Below are positions 1 through 14,700 of a stretch of 64,000 nucleotides of DNA, in pieces; the first letter of the stretch is position 1; each line of letters opens with the position of its first letter. The DNA comes from Selaginella moellendorffii (Eukaryota > Plantae > Lycopodiophyta): positions 2,068,463 through 2,132,462 of the forward strand of contig NW_003314266.1 of assembly GCF_000143415.4 (NCBI RefSeq), read 5' to 3'. A model generated the notes under the pieces. The model saw nothing but the letters and a program-made list of their open reading frames with translations, was not told where the DNA came from and searched no databases. Both the position numbers and the translations under genes were made by a program.

Positions 1-205
1 GGCACAACGTGGAGCTGACGTGGCAACCACAAATGAGACAATGGGGAATAAAGAAATGCTTTACCTCGTCCTGGAGACTCGCTGTCGCGTCCGGGAGACT
101 GGCTATCGCGTCCACGACTGGCTCGGAGACTACGATCAAAGGCTCCTAAACCAGAGATTGTTAAAAGTAATGGGATGCCAGGATTCTTACCTCGAGAGAC
201 GCCAT
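1..205 (-). CDS. 5' end of an unidentified spliced gene running off the left edge
   Basis: ATG at 205; exon 205-191 (MASLE) with a GTAAGA donor; 45-nt intron; exon 145-65 (EPLIVVSEPVVDAIASLPDATASLQDE) with a GTAAGC donor; telo-box AAACCCTAG at ~225-233. No recognisable domain. Confidence 0.35.
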
Positions 206-302
206 TCCTCCGCTTGCTCCCGGAAAACCCTAGGGAACAGTGAAAAGGGTTCGAAGTTTTATTTATTCGGGCTCACAAAATCTGTGTAGACTTGAATCTG
301 GT

Positions 303-420
303 AGCTGCTGGTCAGGCCAGGATGGATAGAGCTCAATGCTTCCTTAGATCATTTCCTGCTAGCTGCTGGTCAGGCCAGGATGGATAGAGGTCGATGCTTC
401 CTTAGATCGTTTCTTACCTG
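303..420. repeat. Imperfect tandem duplication, ~58-bp period
   Basis: agctgctggtcaggccaggatggatagag..atgcttccttagatc starts at both 303 and 361. Confidence 0.85.
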
Positions 421-2648
421 AGCTATACCAGATGCTAGCTGGATGGTTTCCAATTTATCATCTCCAGGATGGGGTCTGGCCTTTGCCAAAAGCAGCAAGA
501 TCTGGAGCAGCTTTCCAAAAGATCTGGAAGAAAAAAGTGAACAAAAAAAAGACTTTTGAGATGATGGAACCAAACTTACAGCCCCCAGAGGATGGTGTTG
601 AAAACGTCCATGCGTTCCACTCCTTTTTCAAATCTCCAGCGTGGGTTCCAGAGCTGGAATCCTCCTGAACGAATAAGTAGACAGTTTTTTAACTTGCTGG
701 AAGCAAGAACTTTAGCTTTCAAAGTTTCCAAAAACTTTGATCACCTGCGCACCAATGTTTCCAAGGCCTTTTGGTTATTCGTCGTGAGTCCTAAGTGATA
801 ATCCACAGCAGGCGAAACACGGACGAGAATTCAACTGCAAAGCCTAGTCTCCAGATCAACCGAAGAAAGACTTTAGCCTTTTGATGTGAGGGATTGTCGC
901 TCGGCTCTGAGAAGAACTTTTAGAGCTCGCTCAAAAGGAGAAGGAACTGATGGAGTAAAGAGAGGAAGAAGAAAGTACCTTGTCAACGCCATGGCCGAGG
1001 TCCAAACTCATCGATGAACTGGAGTGATTACAATCCGTTTGCCATTCAGTCTTCCTCCCGGGAGAGTAATCGATCTCTCTGCAATCTGAAGCTAAAAACA
1101 GTGAACATTAGAAAACAAGGACTTGCGGAGGCTTTGGACACTAGATCACCTGTTCGTGGGGAAAAAGATGATCCCGACCCGACCACACGGCGCCATCAAG
1201 CTTGCAGCTGGGAATCAAAACCATGAGCCATTGAGCCACTGCCAAGTGCCAAGGCGCTTACCTTGCGGGAGCTTCTGCTGCTGAGCTCTTGAAAATGGAG
1301 GGTAAGGGAGCGATCAAAACTGTGAGCCAGTGAACCGTAGAATGCGCTTACCTTGCCAGAGGAGCAATCGCGGACGGCCCTAAGGATCATCATTTGCTGA
1401 CATAGCCATATGCTCGGCAGAGAATCCAGCCCATGTGGATATGGATACGATCGTATATCGTATATTGGATCGGACTGTATATAACTGCATATCCCAAAAG
1501 AACGGGTAACTTGGTGATATCTACAAGGCCTGGGATCTTAGACGCCACTGGATTATACGGCGCCAGTTTTTGATGATTCTTGTGAATCACTGCTTCACTG
1601 CATATGGATTTTATGTAGCTACCATATATTGAACCCCTCAGTTATCTGCAGAAGTGAGGGATCTCACTCTTAACAAGTAAGCTTTTGTGTTTTTTTTTTT
1701 GTTCTTTTTTGTCTAACAAGAGGTCTCTTCTGTACCTCCTCTTTGGTCGAAAGAAACCCGTTACATATGGTTTTCTTGTTGGAGGCATCAGTGGTATCCT
1801 TTCCACAATGAGCACAGATCCAAGGGTGGTGATCCTGCTGGGGGTGATGTTTTTCTGTGGATTCTACACTCCGGCAATACAACTGGCTCCTGACGATTGG
1901 TACGACACGGTCAGTTGCTTCGTCATGACCGTGATCTTCACCACAAGGTGTCTGCTTTACAAGAGAAGGCCATTCAAGCCTTGAGGGAGTTTGCCGAGGC
2001 AACAGGGAATACTTTACCAGAAAATCTCAAGAGCCTCAAGGCACCGGAGTGAATATTAATATTTGTGGCTACTGTTAGATTTAAAGAGTGTAGAGATTCA
2101 GTTCCGAGAAAGCCTTCGTTACATGTCCCTAAAATGAGCTTTGTAATTTTCCCGAGTTTTATTTATTATAACATAAATATTTCAGCTAGCGCGGTGGCCA
2201 ATCATAGCCACGTGAATTTAGTGTTCTCTACAATCTATTTAAATCTATTGTTAGTGTTGTAGACATTCAGGTGAAAGTTCGAAACTTTCACGCACGGCTG
2301 GAGGAATTCTGCTGGTCAACGGCAGCAACCCTTATTCAAATCGCAGACTTTGTATGAATCATTTTTTAAATGAAATGAAATAAAATGAAGAGCAGGACCT
2401 TTGGTTTTGGTCAGCTCTAGTTAAACTGCTAATAACCAGTCTCTTTTGATTATTGTGACTATTTTCCCTGTCATCACTTTTTCGCCATCTGATCGTACGT
2501 AATAAAGAAAAAGGAAAAAGAAATGTTTCCACTAATTATCCGCCACGTGGATTTCGTTTAGTCCAACGTGTCGCAAGGGCGTCCACCCACATTCGTGGTG
2601 GGAAAAAATTAAGGCTAGCCATGGTTTGAAGCTCTCTCCCAAGTTCCC

Positions 2649-4924
2649 ATGGCGATTCTCTCCGTGTCCATGATTTCTCGCGATCCTTGCTGCGGCGGCT
2701 CCGCCAGATCGGGGCTTAGGAGCGGCTTCTTGGGGCATCGATCGAGCGGGGCGAGATGGGAGCCGCGGCGGCGGCGCGGCGGGCATCGATCCAGTGCCCT
2801 AGTCGCGGTAGCAGGGATGGATTGGATGGATGCATTCCACGGTATTGTGATCGGGGTTGGGGTTGGATTGCCTTGCACGGTGATGGAGTGTGGCGATGTG
2901 GTGTATCGGAGCACGCTGCCCAAATCCAATTCCTTGCAGGTAACAGGGCCCGGCGCTGCTTTGGCGGTGCTCGCAGTCACTTATTTGTGGGCGACTCCTG
3001 GTGTAGCTCCTGGATTCTGGGACATGTTTCTTCTAGCACCGATAGAGAAGAGGCTCCGGCCTTCTTACACAAAGGTATTTCTTCGTTGTTTACGTAAGTT
3101 CTAGCGTTTTGGATTGAAACGAGGTGTTTGTTTCGTCCAGGATGACTTTGTCCTGGAGAAGAAGATTGGAGAAGGAGCGTTTGGATCCGTCTACAAAGGA
3201 TCGTTTGCGAATCCTCAAAAGAAGGTGCGTGGGTTTTGTAGTTCTTTTGCTTTTTGCTCGATCACTTTGAAACATTTGTTTGTTAACGCGCAGTCGTTTC
3301 CAGTGGTGGTGAAAAAGGCTAGTGAGTATGGAGAAGTGGAGGCTTGGATGAACCAGCGTGTGCGACGGGCATGCCCGGGCAAATGTGCTGACTACCTTGA
3401 CGGATTTAAGATGGTATGCTTGATCTCTCCTTCTTTTTGCTTGTCAATGACCTTTTATATTGGTTGGTTTTAGAGAGTCAATCCAAAGAGGAAGGAGTTT
3501 TGGCTTGTGTGGCGTTACGAAGGTGTGGCGACTCTCGCGGACTTCATGAGTAGCAAGGATTTTCCTTACAATGTTAGTGAGTTCTCAGTTCATGCAAGGA
3601 TGGATTTACTGAAAATCTCAAATCGCGACAGACAGGTTGAAAAGGCGTTGAGCTTGAAGACTACACAGCTTGCCAAAGGTGCCGAGCGAGAAAACCAGAT
3701 CATCCAGTCCTTACTTCAAGAGCTATTGAAATGTTTGAGGGGGCTGCACGATACTGGGATTGTTCATCGCGACATAAAACCGCAAAATATCATTTTCTCC
3801 GACGGTAAGCCTGTAGATACGTAGCCATTGTTTCTTATCAGTTTTACTGTTTCGTAGAGTCGAAGTCCTTCAAGATTATTGATCTCGGCGCTGCTACGGA
3901 CTTGCGAGTTGGCATCAACTACATTCCGCAAGAGTTCCTACTGGATCCAAGGTCTATTTCTTCTCAACTTCGCGTAAAGAAAGTTTCCTGACATTTTTTC
4001 TATGTTCAAGGTACGCTGCACCTGAGCAGTACATTATGAGCACTCAAACTCCCTCGGCTCCATCGCCTGTCATTGCAACAGCACTCTCTCCAGTTCTATG
4101 GCAGGTTTATACCAGTGAATATGTTTCCTGTGACAAATCACGATGTTTGTTGATCGTTGCAGCTGAACCTCCCGGACCGCTTTGATATCTACAGTCTCGG
4201 ATTGATGTTCTTGCAAATGGTAATGACATTAGTACTTCATTTCCAGCTGATATAAAGCTTTCATCTGTCAATGACAGGTCTTTTCGAATTTGAGAAGCGA
4301 CAGTGCTCTCATCCAGTTCAACCGGCAGCTGAAGCGCGTGGACCACGACTTAGTTGCGTGGAGAGACTTGGTGGACGCTCGGCCAAATGCGGACGTTCAA
4401 CGTGGATTCGAGATTCTGGACATGGACGGAGGAGCTGGCTGGGAGCTGCTCCAAGCGATGATGCAGTTTAAAGGTCGCCAACGTATCAGTGCCAAGGCTG
4501 CTCTCGGCCACCCTTACTTCGTCAAGTTGGGACTTCTCAAGGCCTCGCCCGTACAGACACTGTGGCTGGGCTTGATCAGATTTGCTCAGCAGGATAGAAC
4601 GCAAGCTCTCCAATGGGTGCTGGGATTAATGGCGAAGGGATTCACCGAGGCCGAGCTCGAAGAACTGCGGGTAAGGTTTCTCTTTCCTTTTTCAGTTTGC
4701 TCGTTGTCTAAAGTTTTCTCGGGCAGGAGCGAGAGCCAAAGAAGAAATCGACCTTCCAGAGAAACGCGCTAGCATCGGCTTTGCGATTGCAACGCAAGGT
4801 TGCTCAAACTGTTGCTGCTAGCGTGGACGAGAAGATGGGAAAGAGAAAGATCTGGTGGATGGAGACGATTGATGAAACACTGGACGGACTCGAGACCAAG
4901 AAGAAAAGTTTCTGGTGGATCTGA
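2649..4924 (+). CDS. STN7: Chloroplast thylakoid Ser/Thr kinase STN7 (state transitions), multi-exon
   Basis: Transit peptide-like N-terminus, [18 protein letters not shown] segment [16 protein letters not shown]. Kinase motifs [60 protein letters not shown], spread over GT-AG exons (first donor 3075). Ends KKSFWWI-TGA at 4922-4924. Confidence 0.9.
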
Positions 4925-7900
4925 TTGATGGCTGGCTGGCCATCTCTGTGTGCTCCACCCACGCTCGACATGAAGTTAACAGGCATTAAAAACGTGGAAG
5001 CACCGCGCTATAGCCACACTAATAGTACCAGTGTGAAGAAAAAGTTTTTAAAGACGATGGAGTGTGTCTCCCAGTATGGGTCACGAAAGATCATGGTCAC
5101 ACGACTCAGAGATCTCGATCGTGGAGTCCATTTCGAGTTTGGTGTAAAAAAAAACTCTCGTAGTTACTTCGATGGTCTTTTGATATAAGATAAGAACTCC
5201 ACTCGAGCCAAAGACCAGAACTTTGTGCCGCTAGATCTTTAAGTTTGTTCCTACATGCTGATCTTGCCAAGTTACACAAGCGCGCTCGTGTAGACTCCGT
5301 TTAAAACGCAAAGCTTACAGTATCACAAGGATTTGGCACATTGACACATAAAAGACCGTGTAAGTTTGATCACTTGCAGAAAAGAGAATGGTCGCTTTCA
5401 ACTCCAGTCCACTTGATCCCGCGACTCGTGGCGAAGAACAAGCTTTGCCTGATTTTCGATGAGAGCGACCACCGGTCGATCGAGCGAGCTTATGAGTTCC
5501 AACTTGTCAGCATATAAATCTCCTTTGCTGGATCTTGATTGATACCGATACAAATAGTTATCATATATAAGTTGATAATAATTATAATAATAGTAACAAA
5601 TAATGAATAGCAATAGTAATAGTTATTAGTTACCAGGAGAAAAGTGGGAAAATATTCGAGGCTCTCTTGGCCTTCCTCATAATATGGATCCACAATCTTT
5701 CCCCCCAAATGCGCAGAAATATATACTTTTTGGTAAAAAACGATTTTTGATCAATAGAAAAGAGTTCTTTTATAATATTACGTTCCTCCCCTTCGCGTTT
5801 GCGTTGCTTTCCTCTTCACCCACATTGCGTGTGTGTGTTTCTCCTCGGGCAGTCTCTTTGTCTCTTGGAAATTCTTGTTTTTCTTCTTTTTTCTTTTCTA
5901 CAGTCCCAAAAGGTTGATTGGGAACAGAAAATTCAACCGTTTTCTTGCCAAGAGAAATAAATTCAGCCTGACCAGTAAACCAGGAAGAAAGCTGAGATGC
6001 GAGGAAGAAAAAGGAGGTGGAAACTTCAACTTTGGGTGCATGGAATGCGTTGAAACAGTCGTAACTTTCTCTTATCCTCGATACGTAGGCAGAGTGAGAT
6101 TGACGGGCAGGAGAAAAAACCAGCAGGAAAAAAAAAAGAAAAAAAAAAGAGAGAAGAACCTCGCGTTCCAGTCAAGAGCCAGTTGAAAAGATCGTCGTTA
6201 ATGGCATCTTCCGGCTACTTCTTCGGAAAAATCCCGACACACACACACATGCATTCATGGAACAAATGCTGCTGCAATAGAAAAAGAAGAGATCATTTTT
6301 TGAGGGAAAAAAGCAAGGAAATTCTTAAAGCAAAGCGAGAAAGGGACCTGGAAGCATATATGGTGCTGCGATATACGAAATTGACACACGATTAAATCAA
6401 CGATGACTGCCTCGCGCCAACTTGTAAGTTCTTCTCCCCTCCTTCCTCCTTTCTCTGAAACGACAACAGTCAGGCAGCGAAAGGTGAGTGGCGAGAAAAA
6501 GAAAGCTCCGATCGATCGATCCAGTCGAGTCGAGTCGGAAGAGAGCGAGGATTACAGCTAGCGACCGAGCGAACGAGCGAGCGAGCATGGCAGAGACTGA
6601 GCTTACTCTGGAGTCCAAGGAATGGAACACAAGTAGTCAGAGCTCCTGGAGTCACTGACGGACGGGGTGGAAACACTCGTGTGACTGAGTTACTTCTTTA
6701 AGCTGGAAAACAAAATGTGAGCGAGCGAGAGAGGAAGAAAAACTTTAGAACTAACCGCATGCTCCATAATAGCCGGAACTGGAAACGCACGGACGGTGTC
6801 AAGATGCACGGATAGTCCTTCACAAAGAAAAAAAGAAAAAAAAAATGCTTTTCAAGTCATGCTTACAGTAATCGTGCCCATCCATGAAAGTCAGAGCCTG
6901 GAAAACGAGTGTCGCGTTTAAAAACTAAGTTGGAAACCGAGATTAACTCACTTCTTGGTGACTTAACATGCCTTCGAAGTTGATCTGGCATAAAACCGCG
7001 ACCACCATGCAACGGAAAGCACGGACGAGTTTAGCATCAGTGACTGCAATCAATGAATCGAGCTCGCATATAAATACACTTACGCACGGCGAGGGGGTAA
7101 GGTTTTAAGCCCGGAGAGGAGACCTGGAACAAAGAACGTCGAGCGAAAAGGAGGGATTTTTACGAGCTTGGACCAAGACCAGCTTAGCGGAAAGAAAAGC
7201 TGTGCTTGTGCTCGCTATACGTGTGCGTGGTGTGAGTGTCAATCAATCAATCATCTGCAGAATAAGTTGCTTCGTGTGTCAAACTTCTGCCTGACACAAG
7301 AGCGGAAAAAAAAAGCGAGAAAAAAGGAGAACACCACCTCCAAAACGTAGCAGTAGCAGCCCCGGAGGAGTCATAGCCTGGACAGCGAGAGGCCTCTACA
7401 CACACAGATCAGATAAAGTGCTCCCGTTAAGAGAAAAAGAGAGAGTTTGTAACGAAAGGACTTGCCTGGAGCTTGTAGAGTCGTCTTCTTCTTCCTCCTC
7501 CTCTCGCCAATAGCTCTCTCAACTTTTTCTTTGAGGTCCTTCTTAGAAGTGTCAGGCGAACCAAAGAAGATCTCTAGCGGGATCCGTGCTTGGCTACTTA
7601 AGATCCTTTCTCCTTGCTCACTTTCCTCTTTTCTCTCGTCGTCGTGAGCGTTTTCGAGAGATAATTTCGATTTGCTGATCCATTCTTCTTCTTTGAATTT
7701 TTCGCAGTTTCCTGCAATTCGTAGCGCTTGAGTTGCGGACCATTCTTGAGTTTCGTGCCGTGATTTCGAAAAAGAGAGAGTTTGTGAATGTTTTCCTGTC
7801 TGCTGCTTGTCGCGCCTAGCATTCCTTGATACCCGGGGCTTTAGAGTTTCTCTTTCTCTTCTTCCTCAACTTCTCCTTTTAGACCTCTCTCTCGGAGAAT

Positions 7901-8058
7901 TCCAAGTCTTTTGAGAGAGGTCCTCGCCTAGAGCTCTACATAGCTTTCCAAGCTATCCAGCCGAGAGCAAAAGCTTCCCTCTCGGCTCTCAGCAAATTTC
8001 ACTTCTTTCTGTCAAAAGTATAGAAAGAATTTCAGCCATCGATCGAGAAGAAAGGGAG

Positions 8059-9622
8059 ATGGGACGAGCACCTTGCTGTGAGAAAGTCGGCCTTAACCGA
8101 GGTCCTTGGACACGAGAAGAAGATCTTCTCCTCACCCAGCACATCAGCCTCCACGGCGAAGGATCATGGAGAACACTTCCAAAAGCTGCAGGTAAAATTC
8201 ACATAGTTGTAAATCACTCGAAAAAAGAGAGCGAGAGAGAAAACTCTCGGAAGAGAATTTTCGTAGCTTACGCATTGTTCGTCCCAGGACTTCGTCGCTG
8301 TGGCAAAAGCTGTAGGCTCCGGTGGATAAACTATCTTCGTCCAGATCTCAAGCGTGGAAACATCTCCGAGGAAGAAGACCAGCTGATTATAAAACTGCAT
8401 TCGCTGCTCGGCAACAGGTCTGGAGTTTTCACTTCCATCTCCAGTGTCATCACCTTTGCATTCTCCCCCTCCTCCCAATCTTCTTCCCGTGATATCTCCA
8501 ATGCTCACGAGTTTCAAGTCACACTTCCTTTGTTTCTTGCTCCTCCACCGACAAGGAACCATTTTTGATAGCTCGCCAGCCGCCACGCAAATCTCCCCAG
8601 CGAGTTAAAAAAGAACTCCCCCGTGATTCTTGTCTCGCGGTTTTTCTAAACTTTCCTTCTCGCGTTTGTCTCCATCTCTCAGGTGGTCTTTGATCGCTGG
8701 ACGGCTCCCTGGAAGAACTGACAACGAGATTAAAAACTATTGGAACACCCACCTGAAGAAGAAGCTCCGCAACATGGGCATCGATCCCCAGACGCACCGC
8801 CCGCTACCACAGCACGACCCGAGCTGCCCGTCCTTCCACTCCAAAAACACCGCCGCGGCATGCAGCTGCCACCCGGACGCCGCGACGCTGGAACAAAACA
8901 CCGGTGCCGCCAGCGTCACCGCCGCCGCCACCACCACCTCCGCTGGTATCACCATGATATCTCCATCTCCATACGCCGCTACCACGGACGAGCGTCCTCG
9001 GCCAGGAGGAGAAGTCTTCTCGTACCAAAAACTCCTGGGGATGGGCTCGGACCAGATTCTCGACGTGGAGGAGGAGGACGAGGAGGAAGCCCGGCTCAAA
9101 GGACCACCATCCTCTCCCATCAGCATCCTCTCGCAAAACAGCTCTGGCCTCACCGAGCGCTACCACCACAAGAACATCAAGTCGGGGGGCTCCGGGGATC
9201 ACTCCATCACCTCCTCGGCCGCGCGGGACATGGAGTTTTGCGAGCTGCCGAGCCTGTCCGCCACCTGCGACACAGCTACCAGCTGCTGCTCGGGGACCAT
9301 GATGATCAAACCGGGCGACCTCGGATCGTCGCCGTCTTTCGAGTTGTATCCCGTGGCCGCGGTGGAGTGGGATGATCAGCACGGCAAGCACGACGCAATG
9401 CATGTCCCCATCCCGCCGCTGTTCAGCGAGGCCGAGGCTCACAAGGATCATCACCACTCGTCCAGCAGCCTGCTGCTAAATATCATCAACTCGGACGGGC
9501 TGTGGGACGTGGAGATTGTCCGGCCTATCGAGGAGTTGGATCCGTCCATGATCATCACCGAGGCCGCGAATACTGATCTGTGGGAGTCGCATTATACGTC
9601 TTGCGTAGCGACAGGGCTGTGA
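8059..9622 (+). CDS. R2R3-MYB transcription factor (exons 8059-8191, 8288-8417, 8683-9622)
   Basis: [78 protein letters not shown]. Exons 1 and 2 have the canonical 133 and 130 bp sizes. Confidence 0.97.
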
Positions 9623-11749
9623 GGATCAATCGATGGGTCTGTGAAGAAAAAAAGTGATCTTTAAAGAGATATAAGAATACTCCCTTGCGAGGAGAATTGG
9701 CTTACTCGCAATGCAAATGCTGCAGAGCTTCCATGTCCAAACTTGTTTCGCTCCAGGTGGAATGAAAACGTCAAATGGAGATCATCACCTTTTGTACACG
9801 TAATCTGTTCATAGGAAATTCTTAAGTTGGAGAAACTCGTTGAAGATCTGGAAAGTTTACAAGAAAAGGTATAGTTGCACACGTGAAGCCTGGTGGATAC
9901 AATGTTTCATAATGTGTCGTCATTTATGGAATCGTTGTGGGAAAATATTTGGCTCCCATTCAATTGCTTAGAAGATGCTTCTATGAAAATTTCAATCAAG
10001 AGAAATTGTCTTGTGGATATGAAAGGAAAAACAATGCAAGTTGTATCTCTTGAAATTCATGCCTTCTTCACTGGAGACCGCCCGATGCTTGAATATCCAC
10101 AGTCTTGACGGGGAGAAAGCTCGTCATTGCAATCTTAAAATTCTCGAGTGAAGATCGCAAGTTATTATCTTTGAAGAAACGCTTAAACGCTCCTGGAGTG
10201 ACAGAGAAATGCTCTGATCTATGGTGGGGTGAGTGTGGGATCAGGACTCGGGAGTGTCTTTGGCATTCGGTGAAAGAACAGTGCAGTAGACATAGAAATT
10301 GCAGGGCTTTAAAATGCCACCTGGTTTTAGTGATGTTTGCCACAACGTTGGCTAACGTGCCATGTTGCCATGTTATGTGAGCGCAACACGTCGGCACACC
10401 AGGCACAGAATCACAATATGGAAGCACAATGAAGCAAGCAAAAAGAGGGAGTACAGGGCCAAGAACTTCTAATTTATTGGGAAGCAGGTTGCAACTGACT
10501 AGATCAAGTAAGACTACTATGATCAAGCCATAAACCAGCTCACCAAGACAGCCAAGCAATGATCAAGAAGAAAGAAGGAGCTATGGAAACAAAGAGAATG
10601 TGGGCAAAGGCAACTCAACTTTCAAGCCAATAATTAGCCAAGATTATTGCTAAAAGATGCGATGGAACAAAGAGAGGCCAAGAGCTCTCAACCCATTGAA
10701 ACTAAGAAGAATAAGCACTTATGAAAGTGTGATGTATTCCCAATTGAAACATCAAAACATAAAACACCTCAGCCATAAATATGGAATTATTATCTGAAAG
10801 AATCCATTCTGAACAAGAATGTTGGAACACTACTCAATTGAGGAGTAAATATCCAATAGTAATTGTAGATGCGCTAACAAAAGCTTTAACTTTCATCTAG
10901 CAAGTCAAGTAGTCAAAAATAATAATGACATACTCATTATCAATAGTTGATCATGGAAAGGGTCTTATTAGATTAAACACCACTAACTCAAATAAATAGG
11001 AAACTGCAATTGACTCAACATTTTTTTTATAGCACAAGGGGAAATATTACAAGTTTAACACCAAATGCAACTATGTATATATCAAATAATATCATATTGC
11101 ATCTCTAACCAATAAAAAGACTTGCATAACTTTTTTGCCATACAACGATGTCCTATATGACCACCTAGAACATGAGAATCATGGTCAGTGTGGAGGTTGC
11201 ATGGAATAAAGATTGAAGACACCACTAGTCGTAAATGATCATTAGGATCCATCCCTACAAAATAAAAAAACTAACCTCAAAGCAATATTAAGAATGTAAA
11301 TGTTGAAATAGCAAGTCATTAGTGAGTGATGCAAGATTCTTAAACCCAAAGCTTTCGAATCCACAACTCAATCTTTTAAACCTTATGAACCTCATCAAGA
11401 GAAGGTAAATTTTTCTTTGCATCTTATGGATACTTAACATCAAATACAATAATCACGGATGGTACAGAATCTTCATTTAAAATATCCACAGATGTTAGAA
11501 CAATAGGCTCATTAAAAACATAAAAAGAGAATGAAGAAGGAAAAAAAGTTTGAAAAAGGGTATTAGCATCAGCTATAGAACTCTTCAGCCAATGAATAAC
11601 ATCAAAATTGAAACTCTAAAACCTATTGAGCAGTATGACCAACCAAGTTCTTCCACTTTAATAATGAAGTAACTGTAGCATGATCATCTCCAAGAACCAT
11701 GTAATTATGCATGAAATTTCTTGAAACCCTAAATTGTTACTAAACACTC

Positions 11750-14700
11750 ATTCTCTGTTGTGGAGTAGTTCACCTCCACTGGTTGTAAAGTACAGGTGAT
11801 ATATACAATAGGATGATACTAACCAGGTACACTTAGGCTCTCTTGTATTAACACATCTCTAAAACTAATATCAGAAGCATCCACATACAAAATGAAAAGT
11901 TGAGTATAATCAGGATATGCCAAAATTGAAGGAGTTGTCAATACCTCATTGAGATCTATAAACACATGCTCACAGTCCATATATAAGATGAAAGACAATA
12001 TTGACGACTTTAACAATGTTTGTAATAGTGCAACATAATCAGAAAGATGATTAACAAAATGGCTAAGATACTACATTTTGCCTAGGAAGTGTTATACATC
12101 ATTCACACACTTCAGATTAAGGAATTTTAAAATAACCACAAGTTTGTCAAAATCAATTTACAAGCCTTCGTACCCAAGATAAGTTGTGTCCTTAAACCTA
12201 AACAACACTTCAACCGCTTCAATTTTAAACCAACTTCCCGTAGCCAATCTAACACCTTATGAATATCATGGATGTATTCCTCTTATGTCCCCTTCGAGTG
12301 GATCAAGACATTATTGATTAAGTTAGTAATCACTTTCGGTATGTGGCAAAGAATTTCGTCCATCATTTGCTAAAAAGTTGCTAGAATATTGTTCAAATTA
12401 AATAATATCACTAAGAACTCGTATAAACCAAATAGTGTATGAAAAATAGTCCTAGGAATATTTTCCTTGGCCATTGGCACTTACTAGTACTCAAAAGCAA
12501 AATCTAACTTAGTGAACTAACAACTTCTCCCTAGATGATCTAATAGATTAGCAATGTGAGGAATAAGGTATACATCCAAAATCGTCACTTTGTTTAATAA
12601 ACAATAGTTGATGTAAAAATAAATACTCTTATTAAGCTTTGTCACAAGATGAAGTTCATATATCTAAAGAGTCCGCAATTTTCAAATAACACCTTTTTCT
12701 AACATCTTCTTGACGTTTGCATGTAAAATCTTGATTTCTTTTGATGATTGATGATGAACAAGAACTTTGACAAGCATTCCTAATTGGAATAGGATGACAT
12801 ATTGCAATCTTGGCCTTAAACGACATGTCAAATTCAAAAAAATTGACATACTCGTTTATGAACTGATCAACCATTGCAATACAAAGACCATCGAAGAGAT
12901 CTAAAGAGGGAATAAAGGAACAAGATGGATCTATAGGAGGAAGTAATGGGGAGATAAAAGTGATGGAAACAGAGGTAAAAGCAAAAAGATAAAGAAGAAC
13001 AAAAGTGAGAGGAATGGAAAAAGTATGAGACAAGAGGGAAAAGCCTCAAAGTTACACTTGGCATGATTGCACCACAACCAATCTATACCAAGGATAAGGT
13101 TAAAAGCTTGACTTAGCACCATCTGTAATAACTATAGCTCAAGCTCAAGATTACCCATATGCACAATTAGATCCACTTTATCCTATGCATATGTGTGTGT
13201 ACAACCATTGCAATATGGCTTTGCCACACAATACAAATGTAGATGGCAACATGTAACAATAGGCTAAGCAATAGAAAATGAACTTAAGTTTATATTAACT
13301 AATATAGAAAGAATAATAGGAAACCTCTTGTTGTAAAAACAAGCTTAGAAAGTAAACACTAGATGAATTAATGCCAAGTGAACCCCTTGATGATACTTCC
13401 AAAATAAAGATAAGTGTTATAAATGTGACTATGGGTATCGAAAATTATCTGTTCGCTAGTTTTATTGGATATTCTTTCCTTACTGCCACAATGGCAGGAG
13501 GTCAATATTGTTAGACCCTTTATTAGTCCCTCTTGTTCAAGTGTTAATAAACTTTACTTAGCATTTGTACTTAGTATGGACATAAGGTAAAAACTTTTTG
13601 CTGAGTATACCAGGAGTTAGTCTCTAGGACTAATTTGAAACTTATTAAATATGGAATTATGCTTGATTGCGATTTTGGGCATGGGATGAACACCATTGTG
13701 TTCAGAACAATCTCTACATTCCAAGATATGCCAAATTAGTAAATCTAGATAATTTCTATAAATAGCAATTAGGATCGAATAGAACTAACACAAGGTGCAT
13801 GATAGCGAAAATGTTTGGCAGACATGGTAAGTTATCATCTGGTGATATTGAAAGATTAATCTCAATATACAAGGGTTCTTGTTAAGCTAATGTAAGATAA
13901 AACAAAAAAGAACTAAAAGCCAGGCCAAAGGGGGGGGACTTGTGGGGGGTTTCAAATGTATAATAGGGATAGTGGGTAAGTCAAGCATAGCCAACTAACA
14001 TAAAGCATAGTCTAGCTCCTGCTTATGTGGTTATTCTTGTTCTACGTTTAACTTGGGTCTAATCTTAAGTTCACCACTATGCTAGTTAGTGGAGTACCCA
14101 TATCTTTGTGTTAGGAGGCCACTGATATGTTGAAATAGCGTCATACTCTATTTGACTCCGTTTTGCATACTAGTTTTGGCATTAGAATGTTAGATGCTCT
14201 AAAACCATTCCAAGTCGTTTTATGCTCCTATCCCTTCACTCCTTGGGTTGTACATTTGAGAGCTGTTTCGTGCTCCAGAACCTTCAATCCTTAGCTCTAT
14301 GCTTCGGAGTTTGGCTCCATTCCTTCATTCAATGGTCCAAAGCTTTAAAATTTAGGTTTCATTCCATTGTCCTTGGACATGTGGCATGTGGCACATGACA
14401 TGTGACACATGGCACATAGAGGATTAAGTTCTACTTTATAGTTATCCTATGGTAAACCACCATAGAATAAAAGGTGAAAACCATATGTGCTATAGGAGGG
14501 GTTACTAACTTATTCATACAAGTACCCTTCACTATTCATGTGATTCCTTGTTTCCTAAAAACATTTCGGTGTCTAGACCTTTTACTACACCAACACCAAT
14601 AGAATGTTGTTGATGCCAAAGTCTCCACCCAAGAAATAGAGGTCGTCAATATGGAAAATACTGACAATGTTGATAAATGTAACCAACTTTATCACATGTT

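Noticed and set aside
430-2300. Possible minus-strand exons with GTAAG donors and the hydrophobic ORF at 1685-1984
   Set aside because: No coherent gene model or homology is recognisable without a search.
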